From the NCBI GenBank assembly GCA_050084985.1, contig JBITNC010000001.1, forward strand, positions 145,700,001-145,764,000: a DNA stretch of 64,000 bases. Direction: 5' to 3'. Each line of letters begins with the position of its first letter. The stretch's first letter is position 1. The notes below the pieces were generated by a model that was given only the letters and a program-made list of their open reading frames with translations, ran no database searches and was not told the DNA's origin. Made by a program: the position numbers and the translations under genes. Source of the stretch: Nageia nagi. Its lineage: Eukaryota; Plantae; Pinophyta. Shown here piece after piece: positions 13,801 through 28,811 of this stretch.

Positions 13801-16282
13801 TGGACCTCCTAATTTAATAATTTTATTCTTTAATCTCTATAATACTTCACATAAACTTCAATATTATACAAAGAATCCTCAATATCTCCATGATATGATT
13901 ACTTTTTTGGTTACCACACTTCTTTTTCTTAAGAAGGTTATACTTTTGTCTTTGGAATTTTTCTCTCAATCATTCACTTTACCTTTAATTTTTTGGTACA
14001 AGGTAACAAAGAGGGTTTTATCATATACCACAACTTAGAAAAAGAATACCATAATATTACTTATAGCATATTATACTAATAATGGTAAAATCTAACCAAT
14101 ATCTAAAATATCCTAACACAACTACCACTGGACTAATTTACTATTTTTATTCCACCACTAACACCCTACTAATGAATAAAAAGAGAAAGTTATATAAAAT
14201 AATAAAAAAGGAAATACTACATATGATCTTAACTACTATCATTTTTCCTTCTTCTCCTGATATGATGTAGTTATAGCTACCATTCTTTTAGATTCAAAGG
14301 TGCCCATTCAAGGGGCCACTAGTAGGACTAAATTTTTTATCTCTAGTATCTATTTTGCATCTTCCTTATGGTTTTTTATTTTCTTTCTAATTTAGTATCC
14401 TTCCCTTATTTTCACTATAGTCATCTTACATCAAATTAGATCCTATTTATTCTTTATGTGGGTTTCAACACCATTAGATGTTATAAAATTCAAAAGAATC
14501 TTAGACATTAGGGCCCTTTACTTTCCTATTTTTACTTTACTTTTTCTTTTATCCTTATAATTATAATTGGGAGTGGTATTCCCCTTGTTTACAAATAGTC
14601 CTATGGGATTCTTGAACTTAGGGATGTTAACTATCTCTATCCTACTTACTTCCTTCCCTTTAGTGCTAGAACAAGAAAGGATTTTCCTCTTATTTGTTGA
14701 AGACTCTAGGCTGGATTTAGTATCCTAGAAATCAAATAACTTAATTTATTTTTATTCTTGAATTTCCATTTTAGTTTTAGACTCTATGGTATCTTGTGAA
14801 GCTTAGGCTTATCCTGCTCCATGGGTTGTATGGACTTTTAGGAATATTTGAACTCCTTCTACTTCAAGGGTTCCATGTGCTCTTGAGAAACCATGTTCTT
14901 AGGTGTAGTTGCTCCCCCATACTTAGAATCATCCCCACTAGTATAAATATAATATTTAATGATAACAATAATTTCCTTGAACACCATTGGAGATACAACC
15001 ATCTTGGGATCATATTTTCTATCCTTCTTTAATAGGTATGAGGATAAAAACTCTAACTTTCATACCCTTCACTTCTTTTCTAAGTAAGTAGATACTTTTA
15101 AAGTGTTGGGATCTAAATTTTCAATCTCCTCATTGGATATATATTTTTTATTTACTTCATTTAGGAAATGCCTTCAATCATATGTATCTTTTATAACATA
15201 TAACATGTATCCATTCCCTTCTATCCTCCTTCAAGTTGATTACTATAATTATCTCTTATAATTCCAATTATGTAATTCTCTTCATGGATGACCATATTCC
15301 TACCTTATTATGTATAGCGGAATACCTATAGAGCATTAATTATTTCCCACTCATAAATACAATATATCAAATCTTCATACAATGGAATATCCAACTTTTC
15401 CTTTTTCAATAGGGTTATCGATTTCCTCATTGAAATGAAGAAAAAAAATGAAAACATACCTTCCTATATTTCCATATGAAGTGCTTCATCATAATGAGGT
15501 GTGGTCCATAAACATGAGTAAGTTTCACCTCTATGGTGAAGTATCAAAGTATCTAGTTACTCATCTAATCTCAAGGCCTTGGGAGGTTCTACTACTCATA
15601 TCCCAAATTTTCCTTCTCAAATACCTCATCTTCCTCCTAGAATTCATTGAGCTATACTTTCTTAGCCTTAATTCTTGTATCATAGAGACTCCCTTCCAAG
15701 CTTAGGATTTTCATCTCTACTATAACTTCTTTAAATAATTTCATCCAAATAGATCCCATCATGGAAAAATCATCTGTCCATGCCTTGCACACCCTACATA
15801 AGAGCTCCATATAATGGCCATGATATCACTTAAAATATTTAGTAACCCCTCCTCACTAGAAATATTTCTATACCCTTTTGTTAGCCTTAACATCATGAAA
15901 GTTACTTGTTTCTTCCTCCTTGATTTCCCCCCTACTTATGATTGCTAAAATTATAAATATGTGATAAATCTTAAATAATTAGAGTGATGGTGATTCTAGC
16001 CCCTTCCACAAGCTCCTTAATAAGTCATAATATCTCTTGAACTCTAGTGTATGTCATCATCTATAATCAATCACACTATGACATGGTGCATGGTACATGG
16101 TGGTGTGATAAATATCATGTCACCCAAGCCATATTACCAAGATCCCCCATCTTACATAACTAATCCTCTACATTATGATAAATACATCACATCCTCCACC
16201 TCACCATATAATGTGGATGGTAGGGCCTCTAAGATTAGGTTTTTAAATAGATCAACAATAGTTGGGTCCAAGGTGGGACCCA
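10850..16282 (-). mobile_element. Highly decayed Ty3/gypsy non-chromovirus (Tat/Ogre-like) internal region
   Basis: RT remnants at ~12780-13300 (YPTWVSN..., FYKVIPFGLNNEGTTY, VDDLFTKSK). Candidate PBS at 16264-16282 (minus TGGGTCCCACCTTGGACCC, resembling TGGCGCCCACCGTGGGGCC). Boundaries approximate. Confidence 0.7.
13529..13578. repeat. (TA)n/(TACA)n microsatellite within the Tat-like element
   Basis: gtatatatacacatatatacataaatacatacatacatatatattgtac. Confidence 0.8.
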
Positions 16283-16329
16283 AATTTAAACAAACTATTC
16301 ATGTTCTCCTTGATGGATTTAATGTTCTT

Positions 16330-19300
16330 TTCTAGTATTTTCTCTAAAGACATTATACATTCTTAGAAAATCCATCTATTTCTCTCCTTTTAGAGTGTTT
16401 AGATAATATGTGGTACCATCAATCTTCATGATTTTGTTAAATTTTCTCTCTACTACTTGGGATCCATTATTCTATAAGTCCTCCTATATCTAACAACATC
16501 ACCCATTAAACACCTAACATCCCACTCAAAGCATACCATACTTATGAGGAAATTGGATAATGTATGAATAAATATCTAATTATTTCTTCCTCTAATCCAT
16601 ACATAACACACTAGTTAGGCAAAATATTTCTTCTTTTTTAAGGTTATCATTGATCATGATACCATTTAAAATGACTACACATATGAAGTAAAATATCTTC
16701 CAAATAAGGTCCTAATATCATACCTTATTTAAAAGGACTTTTCTATCATCCTTGTTATTAATATTCAATGTTTCACAACCAATATTAACTGAGAAATAAA
16801 ATTTTGTAGCTCTCCCTCCTACCCAATTAAACATGTTATTCTCATTTGAGGGGAATATTTTATAAATATGCACTTATTCCATAATATGTTGGAGGAATTA
16901 TACTATTTCTATATAAGGCATAGGGGGAATGAAACATCAAGCATCCATGTCTTCTTTCTAAATAGTCTTACACTTTTTACCCTACATTGAATTTTACCCA
17001 TTCTATAACCAAAGAGTATTTTTGTTGCTACCCTAGTTGAATTGGTGATAGCCATGGATCATCCCAAAGTATGACTTCATTACCTTTGTTTATTTCCCAT
17101 TTTGAGGGTAATCATATTGTATCCCTTATGTTAATCAATCCATTCTAGAAGACTGAGCCTTTTAATGCTCTACTAATTCTTTATAAACTATTATCTCCTT
17201 CCATATTATTGATACAAACAATCTCAATCTAATCATTGGTTGGAAAAAAATAAGCTTCCATGCCATCTTTATTTTGAATGCTTGATTAACCATCTCATTG
17301 ATTTGGAGCCTAATCTTCCTTAGAGTTTTCTTCTAAATGTTTTTTCCCAAGCCACTAGATAGATTTTTTTCTGTACCTTACTCCTATCCATAGGATGTTT
17401 CTATAAATTTAGTAAATCTTCTCAACCACCAGTGCTAATATTTTTAAAATATTGGTAAAGTAAACTAGGATACTTTGTAGGGTTATCTTGACCAATTGTA
17501 GTTTTTTGTATTGGCTCAATACGACTACTCTTCATCTTAATAGCTTATTGCAAATTCTCTGTATGACTCAGTTCTTATTTTGTTAACCTTACCTCCAAAA
17601 AAGGGCATACGTAAATATTTTGATGGTAAGGATTCTATTATATAATTTAAAGTGTTTGCAATCTATTTATGTATTCCCTATAGTGTATTGAAAAAGAAAA
17701 CCCAAGTTTTATTGAAGTTACTTTTTTTGTATGAGGCCTTGTTATACTCATTCAAGATCTTCATCGGTTCATTTTCATCCTTCATAGATTATGTACAAAC
17801 TAGTATTGTATAATCCACAAACTAATGGTGTCCAAAATCTTCACATATAGTGGCAAGGATAATCCCTTTAATTCTCATTTTTATTTTTGTATTTTTAGTG
17901 ATCTACCAAGATCCTCTTCCATGATGATGAATAGGTAGGGTGAGATTTGCTATCCCTATCTTAGCCTTGATATTGAATTAAATAATCTTGTTTGTTCATC
18001 ATTAAATAGTATTTAGAAGGTGTTTATTAGGATACAAGTATGAATCCATTTCCTCCATTGGTTGTTTACACAAAAAATTCTAACACTTTATCCAAAAATA
18101 CCCATAAAACCTAATCATAGTATTTATGCATATCTAGATTCATTAGTATTCTTACTTAATTCTTTATCCTAATTATGGAGATTAGTTTATGTATTATAAT
18201 GATCCAATCTACAATATATCATCCTTTGGAAAAGCCATCATGTTCTTGGGATATTAGCTTTGGTAGGATAAACTATAATCTATTTACTAATATTTAATTT
18301 TTAATATTATATATTGTATTACAAAAGTTGATGGGTTTGAATTTCTTCAAACTCTATTTCTCTTTAAAATTTAGTAATAAGGGTGAGGAAAGTGGTATTT
18401 CATATTCTTAGGAGACAATCATTTTGATGGAATTCCTACACTACCTATATTACCTTGTTCCTTATGATGTGCAAAAAGGTTAAGAAGAAGAATGTAAAAA
18501 ATTCATCTGAGCCTAACATCTTATACTTTTCTATCATAAGCATGTTCATATCAACTTTTTTCTTCTAAGAAAGATTTTGTAAGTGTGGCATTATCCTCCT
18601 ACTGAAGTATCAGTAGGATGCATCTAAGGTTGTTTTGAATTAATGAGGGATTTTTGTTCTTGGTTAGGTGCTAATCACCTCTCATATAACCTTACTACTC
18701 TTTCTTTGATTTTTAGTATATCATCATCTAGGGAACTATCTTCCATTTGGATATGTTTAATTTGGATAAAGGATAAAAGTATCATTATGGTGATGAAAAA
18801 AAATTTGGTATTCTTGTCAACCTCCTATAGCCAACTGATTAGGAGTTTTGTATCCAATTTATTTACTCCTAGAACCTAGTTCTCATATATTCTCTTCTCA
18901 CTTATCTTCCCTATTGTACCTCATCATTGGATCTTGCTCTCTCCTCCTATTAGTAAGAGCTTTCAATTTATTGATATCTTTTCTTAATGTATTATTTTAC
19001 TCTACTAATATTTTAGAATATTGACTTATTCTATTCCTTTGATTACCTTTTAGAAACTATAATTTGGAAATTAGAATATTTATATTTATATACTTATTTC
19101 CCATCCCACCATTCCTTAATTCTATCCTTTATTTCAAGATGTTTGATCCATAGAGACTAAAATATGAATGTATTTTTTATTAACAAAAGGTTATACGATC
19201 AAGAGAGTTGGGCTATGATTAAAGTCCATATTTTTCTTATAGCATATATAATATCTAGAGAATTAATCTAGTCATTCTAAATAATAGATATTTATATCTA

Positions 19301-21450
19301 ATCTACATTAGATGAATATTTCCATAACTTGATTATTTGACCAAGTGAAAGTACTCCTAGTTAGGCTTAGGTCCATCAATTTCAATTAGTTTATAAATTT
19401 TCTTAGATATTCCTTGTTACTTCTAGGTTCCTTATTATACTAAGTTTTTCATGATCATATAATATTGCGAAAAAGTACCCCATAATTAGCCAAGGTAGGT
19501 GACTTAAGTCTATTTTATCTCTAGTAAAACTCTCTACTAAGGATGATTATAGGAATAAATATTTATTATAATAAATTCAAAATTGGTAGTAATAATCTTA
19601 TTGTGCATATGAATATATCTATTAGAAAAAATAGAAGGGGTACTACCTTGCATAGTATATTATTTCCTAAGGGTGAATAATCCTCTAGATGCTCCATCCA
19701 ACTCCCACAAATTATATCTTACTCCTCTTCAAATTTTCTTTGTTAATTATTTCATATTATACTTCATCACCTTTATTTCCTGAATAAAAAAAAATATATT
19801 TAGATACCCTTATCTATATAGGTATTTTATATCCCTCTTTCTATCTAGGGTAGTGGATCCCCTTATATTCTAATCAATTATAATCATTAAGAGCCTCTTG
19901 AGGCCTTACAACCCCCACTCTACTCTAGATCGCACTATATTCCATTAGCAATATCCGTAATGGTCCTCTTCATCCTCAAATTTTGATTTGAAAGTATACC
20001 TATATGAGCCTTTTCTATATCTATTATTGTTTTTTTAATTTTTAAATACTCTTATTGGTGTTATTATATCTCCATCATCTACATCCATCACCTTCTCTTT
20101 TATTGAATTATTATAATTACTCAAAGGATTGGTTGATCCTTTTCCATATTTTATAAATTTGATCTAATTTCATTCCTTTATCACTCCCTTCCTCAAGTAT
20201 TTTCCAAATTCTTCACCTTTACAATTACCATTCCATATGTAATTTCCAAAAATTAATCTTTTACTTAATACCTCTAATAGAATATACTAGCTGAAATGGT
20301 TTTCTAGTTACATATTTGTTTTTTTTTATAAAGTATCCTCTTCCTATATTAGTTTTAAATCAATTATTTCTTTGATATCCTTGATTTGTTTAGGTAAGAG
20401 TATTATAGCCTTCCTAAAGGTTGGGGTCTTCCATCTTTTCTTCCTACTCTTTTTTGGGACATTCTCTAGGATAATGGGCAAACATACCATGAATGTTGCA
20501 TCTAGTAGGAAGATTTTAATAAATTATTTCTTTTTATTAGGTTTCACAATATTCCTATTTAAAATATATTTTATTCCAAATTTCCTTAGTAATATAAATG
20601 TTGATACAAAATAAAGCTTCATTCATATGATTTTCCACTCTTCTCACCTTTTCAATAGAGATTATCGATTTGAATGAGTTAGCAATACCAACCATCACAC
20701 TCATATCCTAATAATTTGATGAAATATTATGTAAGTTTACTCAAAGTGGTACAGGATCAATATTCTCCTTTTCTATATGAAAACCATGACACCATAACTT
20801 TATACCTAATGCATGTTATAACATAAAAACCACTATCCTAGTTCAAGTAATTTACTCATGTCATCTATATTTATAAATTCAAATAAAAAAATTCATGAAG
20901 AGAGAAAAAACATGCAATCATATTGAGATATTTGAATGTTTAATTACCCATATGTGACTTTGGTCTATGTTGCATATGAGTCCAACAACATGCTTGATTA
21001 AGGTGTTCCTTTGCTTATATCTTTATTTTTCATGAATTTCTTTTGGTATGACTAGCCTAGCCATATTGTCAATGATTTTTACCTCCAATTTGGTTGCAAC
21101 TACATCATCAAAACATTTTTTGGCCTAGATGGAGTCTTTTGGTTAATATTTTCCATGGAATATTCACTTTATTTATAATTTATTCACAATTTCATTCTAA
21201 TTCAACACCTTGGAATATTCTCAATATCATACTTCTTAAGATTTTGAAGAGGTTTGAAACTTTTTCTTTGTATGGAATCAAAGTTTTATCTTTTGTATTA
21301 TAAACATCCTTGGATTATTCACTTTTCCTTATTTGAACTTATTTAGTAGTAGCCATTCTATTTTTATTATATTTATTTTTCTAAGAAGAATAAGTACCAC
21401 ACTCATTGTTAGTTTTTCCACATGAAATATTTTCATTTATATTTTTTACT
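16330..21450 (-). mobile_element. L1-type LINE #1, decayed (ORF1 DUF4283-like ~21400-19887; ORF2 EN-RT-zf 19887-~16330)
   Basis: ORF2 start MIIID*NIRG (SWNIRG motif) at 19887. GLR.G..SPYLF near 17940-17965. HH.FVDYT near 17810-17830. zf-RVT-like remnant at ~16540-16620. DUF4283-like VIPKEI...TLIKHVVG near 21000. Confidence 0.85.
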
Positions 21451-21549
21451 CCTTGAGCATTGTTTAATCTTTGATTGGCTTCTCGTGATAACTATCCTTA
21501 GGGATTAGGGAATTAGGTTCTAGAATCATCTTGGTAGTTTACATAGGTG

Positions 21550-22579
21550 AATCTTTTGGTTCATCAAGGTATTTTGAAGTTGAACCCAAGGTATTGATTC
21601 CATTCGTAAGAGAGGGGGATTGACTACTCTCCCCATTTTGAGCTAATGCTATGGGAGGTTCCTTCGAGTGGTCTTCATCTTGAATATCAACAATCTTAAC
21701 CCCTTATAAGTCTTTTGTCTCCTTCATACTTTTAGATTTTTGGTATTGGCTTATCATTCTCTTGCTACTCTGAGGGATTTTTTTCAAATTCTTCTTCAAG
21801 GTTCCTTTATATTTACTAGGTGGTTTTTCTTTTTCACTATTTTATTCTTCTATTTGACTAGGTTATCCTATTGTTCCTTCCTCTTTTTTGTAGGGCTTGG
21901 AGAGGATTGAGATTCTCTTCTACTACTCTTTTCCTTTTCCTTACTAGATTTTATAAGGGTTTCCTTTCCTGAACTTCCTCCCTTGATAACTTGGCCAAAT
22001 TTAATCTTCTTTCATAAGGTTTTCACCAATTCTTTTCTATAGAGAAATGTAATGAGACCCATATGTATCAATTGGATTTCTTCCTTAATTTTTACTTATT
22101 GAGTTGAAACCCTAATTGATTCTACTAGGAAAAAAGGAAAGCAAATTCAATATTCTTCATCCTTTCTGAAATGGTAGAGTAAAATAATATTTGGACCAAA
22201 AATAATTCTATACCTTCCATCTAGCATGAAATATTTGGTTATCCATTTTGCTACATGGTTCCATGGTGTTGGGAGGCTTTCTTGATCATTTTTAGTTATT
22301 TTTTTTATGATAGGGGTATAAAAAGCTTGAATTTCTTCAAGATTTACCTTTGAATTGTGCTTTGGCAATGAATCCTATAGATAAGTTAAATATAACCATT
22401 TTGATCACATCCCATCCATTTTCATAGTTTTTAACCACAAGATCTTTAAGAATAGGATTATGTCCTTGACATTTCATCAAGTATCACTACACTCCTCCAT
22501 TACTAAATATATCCCATACTTCATGATCCCATTGTACCTCTCTATGGTTGCCTAATTTGGCCATAGAATTTTTGCCCAT
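21550..22579 (-). pseudogene. Decayed extra ORF of unknown function between LINE #2 and LINE #1
   Basis: MGKNSM...EVWDIFSNGGV..YLMKCQGHNP...KNYENGW, then ESLPTPWNHVAKWITKYFMLDGRYRIIFGPNIILLYHFR (ORF track 22147-22368), then FFLVESI...LIHMGLITFLY and a Lys/Ser-rich tail. Stops and frameshifts throughout. Confidence 0.6.
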
Positions 22580-22949
22580 GGTTTTGGAGAATGAACTTGC
22601 ATGCAAAAGAACTGGACATAGTTTGTAAGATAGGAGAGGTGGGGAGACATGATGATATTGAAATTAACCCAAAGTGTGCAACCTTTCAATAGATTATCTT
22701 GGATTTTGATATCATAAGGGGTTGGCTAGTGCCATCTAATCACATCCACCAGGTATTTAAAGTCTATAAGGTAGATGAATATGAGAGTTATGTTAATGGT
22801 CACATCATCTACCTTCATATTAAGAGAAGTGATCCACATCATTTTTGCATGTGGGGGCTCCTCCTGTTAGTAACCAAGGTGGTGAGGATGGGATCTAAGA
22901 GGAGCTAACATTGTAGTGAGTCTGACTCAGCATCCTTGGTGGGATCCAA

Positions 22950-25900
22950 CTAGATGCAATAATCTATGTTCTCCCTTAATAGGCTTAGAAACTATTTCCA
23001 TGTTCTAGTGGTATTTTTACTATGTTCTTTAAATAGTCTTTCATTTCGCTCTTTCCAAATAGACCAACAGATATGGGATGGGATCAATGCCTATATTAGC
23101 TTGGATTTCTTATTATTACCTTCTAATATCCATTTCTTTAAAGTGTTAGCTAAAGAATAAGGGGTCACCCAATGGTGTTAGAGTTTAGAATTCACTATTT
23201 CCCATAGCTTCTCAGCATAGTCAAAATGGAGGAATATCTGTTTTAAAATTTCTTTAGCATTTTTACATAAAACACATCTACTTGGGAATCTCATCCCCTT
23301 TTTTTGAGAACTTCATTAGGATGGATCCTACCTAGAACAACTGCCCATAGGAAATTAGCCATTTTAGGGATTAAGACTTTTATCCATACACTAGCCCATA
23401 ATCTCTTTTTGGGATCTTTGTAGTTATGATTAAGGAAGTTATATCTGATCTTGATTGAGCACTCCACTTTTTTTCCTTTTTTATCAATCTAATGTAAATA
23501 ATACAATTTATGAGTGGTTTAAAGTAAAATTCTATCCAATATTTGAAGAAGCTTCTCTTATAATTCTGCTAGCAAGGGATTGTTGGGCAAAGGGATGGTC
23601 CATTACACTACATCATTGAGTTGAGAGATATAATTAACTATTCTAATACCAAGTCTAGTTTTAGTCCATAAGATTAAAGGATTCTATTCTGATTAATCAT
23701 CCAAATAAGTAGGGCCAAATTTTTTTTCATTCGAAAAGAATGTTATTTGCTCGTTATTAACTTCCCATATGGTTTTTGCTACTATGATATACATCATCTC
23801 CAACATATCATTCTAGAAGGAGGATCATTTAGGGGGATTCCTAAGGCTGATAAAAATATTAGTATCTTCAAGATATTTATTTTTCATATTTTAATCCACT
23901 CTCTACCTTCATTTTGACATAGTTTCCAAGCCAATTTCAATCTCATTGCTTGGTTGACTAGTCTAATTTGTCTGATCCCTAGGCGCCTTTAGCTTTTTTT
24001 TTGTACATCATCTCCCAAGACACTAAGGACATCCTTTTCTTATCCTTAGTACCTATATAAATGAATCTTTTACATGTTTGATCAATTTTCTCAGCCACAA
24101 GTGTAGGGATCTTAAATATGCTTATCATATACATTGGAATGCTTTGAAGAGAGGCTTTTGCATGTTGTATTTACCTAGCCATACTCAATAGTGCACCTTT
24201 CCATACTACTATTTCATTATTTATTATATCCAAAACTTTATCCAAAAAAATAATTTGAAATAGGCATTCAAATAGTGGCATTATGAGATAGGTGGCCATG
24301 AGATTTCTTATTTGACATTGAAAAATCTAGGATATTTCTTTGCTTCTCTAGGGGGAATATTGAAGAAGTAGATATTAGTTTTTTCATAATTAATTTTTAG
24401 ATAATAAGCTTCTTCATATTTATCTAAAATTGATTTTATTACTTGAAATTCTCTAATAATTACATTTTTTACCAAAATGGTATCATTATCAAATTGATGA
24501 TGGGTTATAGAAGATCAGTTTTATGTAGGTTTGATTCCTCTGATAATTCCAACTTGATTAGCTCTCTTCAGGGATCTTCCTAGAGTCTCAAACACTGTGA
24601 TAAATAGGTAAGGTGAAAGATCATACCTCTAGAGGAGTTGAAAAAACTATCTACTTCACCATTAGCTAAAATTAACAAAGTGGCTATTGAGATACATTTG
24701 CTTACCCATATTCTCCATTGATTTTGGAATCCAAATCTATCAAGGATTTGATCCAAAATTTTCTAGGAGACTATATCATAAGCCTTTTACATATCTAATT
24801 TAATGATCATGGAATATTCTTTAATAGTTTAGATAGAATTTAAATTTTTATGCATCAGGATAATTCCATAAAATATTTTTCTATCTCTTACAAAATCATC
24901 CTGCTCAATGAATATGATTTTAGAAAGAACTTCAACCATTCTATTTGCTAGTAATTTTGTAAATTATGTTACAAACATTGGTTGACCTACACTTCTTTAG
25001 GTTGCTTATTCCCTAAACTTTATGAGTGAGGGTTAAAAAAGTGGTGTTATAATATTTTAAGAGTGTATTATGTCATTGAAATTCTTGCATTACCTTCACT
25101 ACATCATTCCTGACAATATCCCAAAATTGATGAAAGAATCTTTTTGGAAAACCATCATGTCTTGGGGCTTTATCTTTTCCCATCATGAATACTATTGATG
25201 TAATTTCATCCCTAGATAAAGGTGCTAGTAATTTGATGTTATATTCTTCTATTATTAGAGAGGGTATATTTTCAAGAAGCTCTTTGGTTGTATTTTGATG
25301 TTTTTCTAATAAATTTGTGAGGAGGTTGTTATAGAAAGAAACTACCATATATTTGATTTTAGGTTTATTTTTTGTTATAATTTTATCCTCTCTTTCCAAT
25401 GTATAGATTTTATTGAAGGAATTTCTTCTTAAAGTTGATAGTTTAAACAATTTTCTATTTTGAGCCCCCTCTTTGATCCAAGATATTTTGGATTTTTGCT
25501 TCTAGAATATTTCTTCTATTTTAAGGATAAATTGGTATTGGTCATTAAGGGAGTTTTATTTTATTGTAATTTTCTAGGATCTTCCTTATATTAGGATAGT
25601 ATTTTCTATCAAATCAAGTTCTCTTTTTATTTTTACCTTCTCCTTCTCAATTTTCTTGAAGCTTTTTTTGCTCCAAATTTTTAAACTTTCTTTCAACATG
25701 CTAAGTTTCTTCTGAACTTGGAATATTTTTATCCCCTTTATCTCTATATTCTACCATACATCCATTCTCTTCCAAATGTGGGTGAATAAGACATATGGAT
25801 TGAAATCTAAATGAGGGTAACTTTTTGACATATGGGGATGCTTGTAGTAATAGAGGAATATGGTCTGATTCAATCTTAGTTTGATATAATAATACATAGT

Positions 25901-27900
25901 CTATAAACTTATCAAGCTAAGAGGAAGATCACATTACTTTTTCAACCTAAATTTGAATAAATTCCTTCATACACATGTTGTTCCAAGTAAATTATACTCA
26001 TTAAATCCAAATCAATTGAATTATTGCTATCCAAAAAATTCTCAAGATTAACCATGTCATTGTCTTTTTACCTTCCCCCACTAGATGTTTCATAATGATC
26101 AAGGATTATGTTAAAGTCACCCATAATTATCAATGGGACATCAAGGAATAGAATTCTATATTATGTTAGAAGATCAAACACTTTTCTTCTTTCCATAGAG
26201 TTATTATAAGCATATAGGTTAGTAATGAATATATTAGAGCAATTCATGCAAGGGTGGTTACCCAGTTTCATGGTGTTAGGGTCTTAAAGAGTCATTACTC
26301 TTCTTGAGGCTCCTTCTGAATCTTGCAATAGAAAATTAGCCTCCTTCCATATTTTCCTTTTTTGTGTCTATAATACTATCTTCTTTTACTTTTGATTCTC
26401 AAATTAAAACCATGTTTGGTTTTTTATAATACCAAATATTCTTAAAGGATCTTTATTTTTGAGGGGCATTGCAACCCCTTATGTTCCAAGATAAGATCTT
26501 CATTAAGGACCAAAATAGGCCATTTAGCTTTCAAGAAATATCTTATTTTGTGATTTGATTCATTACTTCCCCTAAGGAAGGTCTTCCTAGGTGGGCTTTC
26601 CCCATAATTGGCATTTTTGTAGTGTCTAAAATATTCCTAGCTTGGATATCCAATCCTATGTTTTGCTACTATGTAACCATAGCTATAGCTTGACTATTTA
26701 TATTTTTAGCCTTTTTTATGTCCCTTATGATCTCTTATTTACTTCCATATTTTTTCTTTTTTTTCAAAACATTATATATTGTATTCTATATTTTCCTTAT
26801 CGATTCCTTCTAGTATACCTAGGACTAGATAGATATTCTTACTAGTCGAGAGGGTGTGGCTTTAGTTATTTTCTTTTATCGATTTGTTTGCAATTTTTTA
26901 GGGAATTTTATTTTCTTCCTTCCTAAATATTTTCTTATTTTTCCAATAATTATTCTTCTATATTTTCCTCCATTCATTTTCTCCATTTTTTTCACATTAT
27001 CTGGTTTAATCTAGGCTCTTTTCTCTTTATGTCTAGATTTTATTTTTCTAGACAATATTTAGTATAGTGATAAAAGCTTTTACATATACCATATTGAAAT
27101 AAAAGGTTTTCATATAATATAGGCTAAATTCATTCTCAGCCATCTTTAATTTTTAATTTAACTTCAATCCTTAAGGGCATAGTAATATCCATATTAAAAA
27201 TAAATATAGCATCCATAAATTTCTATTTTAGATGTGTAGCTCTTTCAATAGTTACCAATGAAGCAACTACTTTAGCTACTCTTGATATAACACTTGGATG
27301 CCAATAGGATGGGTGTAATCCTTTTAATGAGACTTAGCTAGGTATAAGACTAAATTTTATTATTTTTGGCAAAAACCTTTTATCCTACTTCTTGATTGTA
27401 AGCCCTTTTTTTCATAGGAACCAAGGTCCTAAATCCATAAATTTATAAGGATCTTACTCAAATTGAAATTTGAATATAAGGAATTCCTTAGAAAGTGTGA
27501 TTAGGGAAATCTGCCCTTTAGTACTCCAATTATCATGAATCCAACACCAAAAAAGTTTGATCAAAGGTTTTATTCCAATGAATTTACCAACTAGGGCATT
27601 TTTGAAATTATTTTCTTCCACTTCAGTAATATTTTTAGGGATAGTGATACTTACTAATTCCTTGGTGAAATCAAGTTCTAGGACCTTTTTTATGGCCTCT
27701 TCTACAAATGGCTTTTCCTATAATAGCATACTTCACCATTCTCATGGAGTTTTTAGTTCTAGTCTCATTCTAGCTTTATCTATTGTGTTGCTTTGGTTGT
27801 TGGGCCACATCTCACCCAAAACCACTATGTCAAGATCAAATTTCACCCAAATTCTATTTCCTATTACTTTGTGCTCTTTTTTTTGCATATGTTATTATGA
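22950..27900 (-). mobile_element. L1-type LINE #2, decayed (ORF1 ~27860-26503; ORF2 26503-~22950)
   Basis: ORF1 FKNALVGKFIGIKP (DUF4283-like). ORF2 MKILSWNIRGCNAPQK at 26503; KAPRHDGF...FFHQFWDIV (ORF 25073-25450); THHQFDNDT at ~24490; PSRCVLCK zf-RVT at ~23270. Confidence 0.92.
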
Positions 27901-27937
27901 ACCTTTTTAGAAGGAAGTTTACATTCTAGCTGTAGTT

Positions 27938-28056
27938 GACTATCTCTATAATATTATAAATGATTATATCTATAAAATTATAGATAATCACCTCTGTAAT
28001 ATTACATATGATAGTCTTTCTAATATTATTGATGTTAATCTTTTTAATATTGCATA
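27938..28056. repeat. ~24-bp semi-palindromic tandem repeat array A (consensus ~GATGATTATCTCTGTAATATTACA)
   Basis: About 5 degenerate copies; resembles CACTA subterminal repeats. Confidence 0.7.
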
Positions 28057-28687
28057 CACTCATATATTTTTAACATTTTTATATATGGGTTATAACAAAT
28101 TGATAAAAATAAATATGTCACTTTCTAAAGCCCATGAATTTAATCATATATCCCATATCAATATAAATGATATACCATGAGATAGGTATCAAAAAGATCT
28201 TTAAAATGAGTAGACACATGAACCATTTTAACTACAGCATGAATCCTCAAATGAAAAAAATATGGATGATCATCTGTACTAAAATGGAGATGCTTAGATG
28301 TATAAAAATATTGATCAATTTTATACAAATAGACATTTGTATTTACCATAAATGATTGTCTACATTTTACTTCTCCGTAGGATATTAATTTTTTTATAAA
28401 TATAAGTGAAAAATAGTTAATTATACCCCCTATAGTTTTATAAGAACTCACCTTGAAATGATAAATAATTTTATATTTATAGACATTATCACTAATTATA
28501 TCTACTATATATATATTATATCTACACATATCTACTATATATTTATAGAACTCACCTTGAAATGATTTCTTAACATGATCAAACTTGTTAGGAATCAAAT
28601 CTAGGATACATCCCTATGGATAATCATCTCTTTTTCACTAAAGACACTCATGTCTAAGTAATTACAAACAATTTTCTCTGAGTAATC

Positions 28688-28811
28688 AGAGATAATCATC
28701 TATGTAATATTGCATATGATTATCTCTATAATATTATAGATGATCCTTAATAATATTACAGATGATTTTGTTTGTAATATTATAGATAATCATCTTTTTA
28801 ATATTACATAC
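28688..28811. repeat. ~24-bp semi-palindromic tandem repeat array B
   Basis: About 5 copies of the same motif as 27938-28056. Confidence 0.7.

Noticed and set aside
28158-28598. 146-aa ORF as a real gene
   Set aside because: Its Tyr/Ile/Lys-rich composition is expected from AT-rich DNA; it has a non-ATG start, contains a direct repeat and shows no motif.
27938-28811. CRISPR-like appearance of ~24-bp repeats
   Set aside because: The repeats are contiguous and degenerate, with no unique spacers and no cas genes, in a eukaryotic context.
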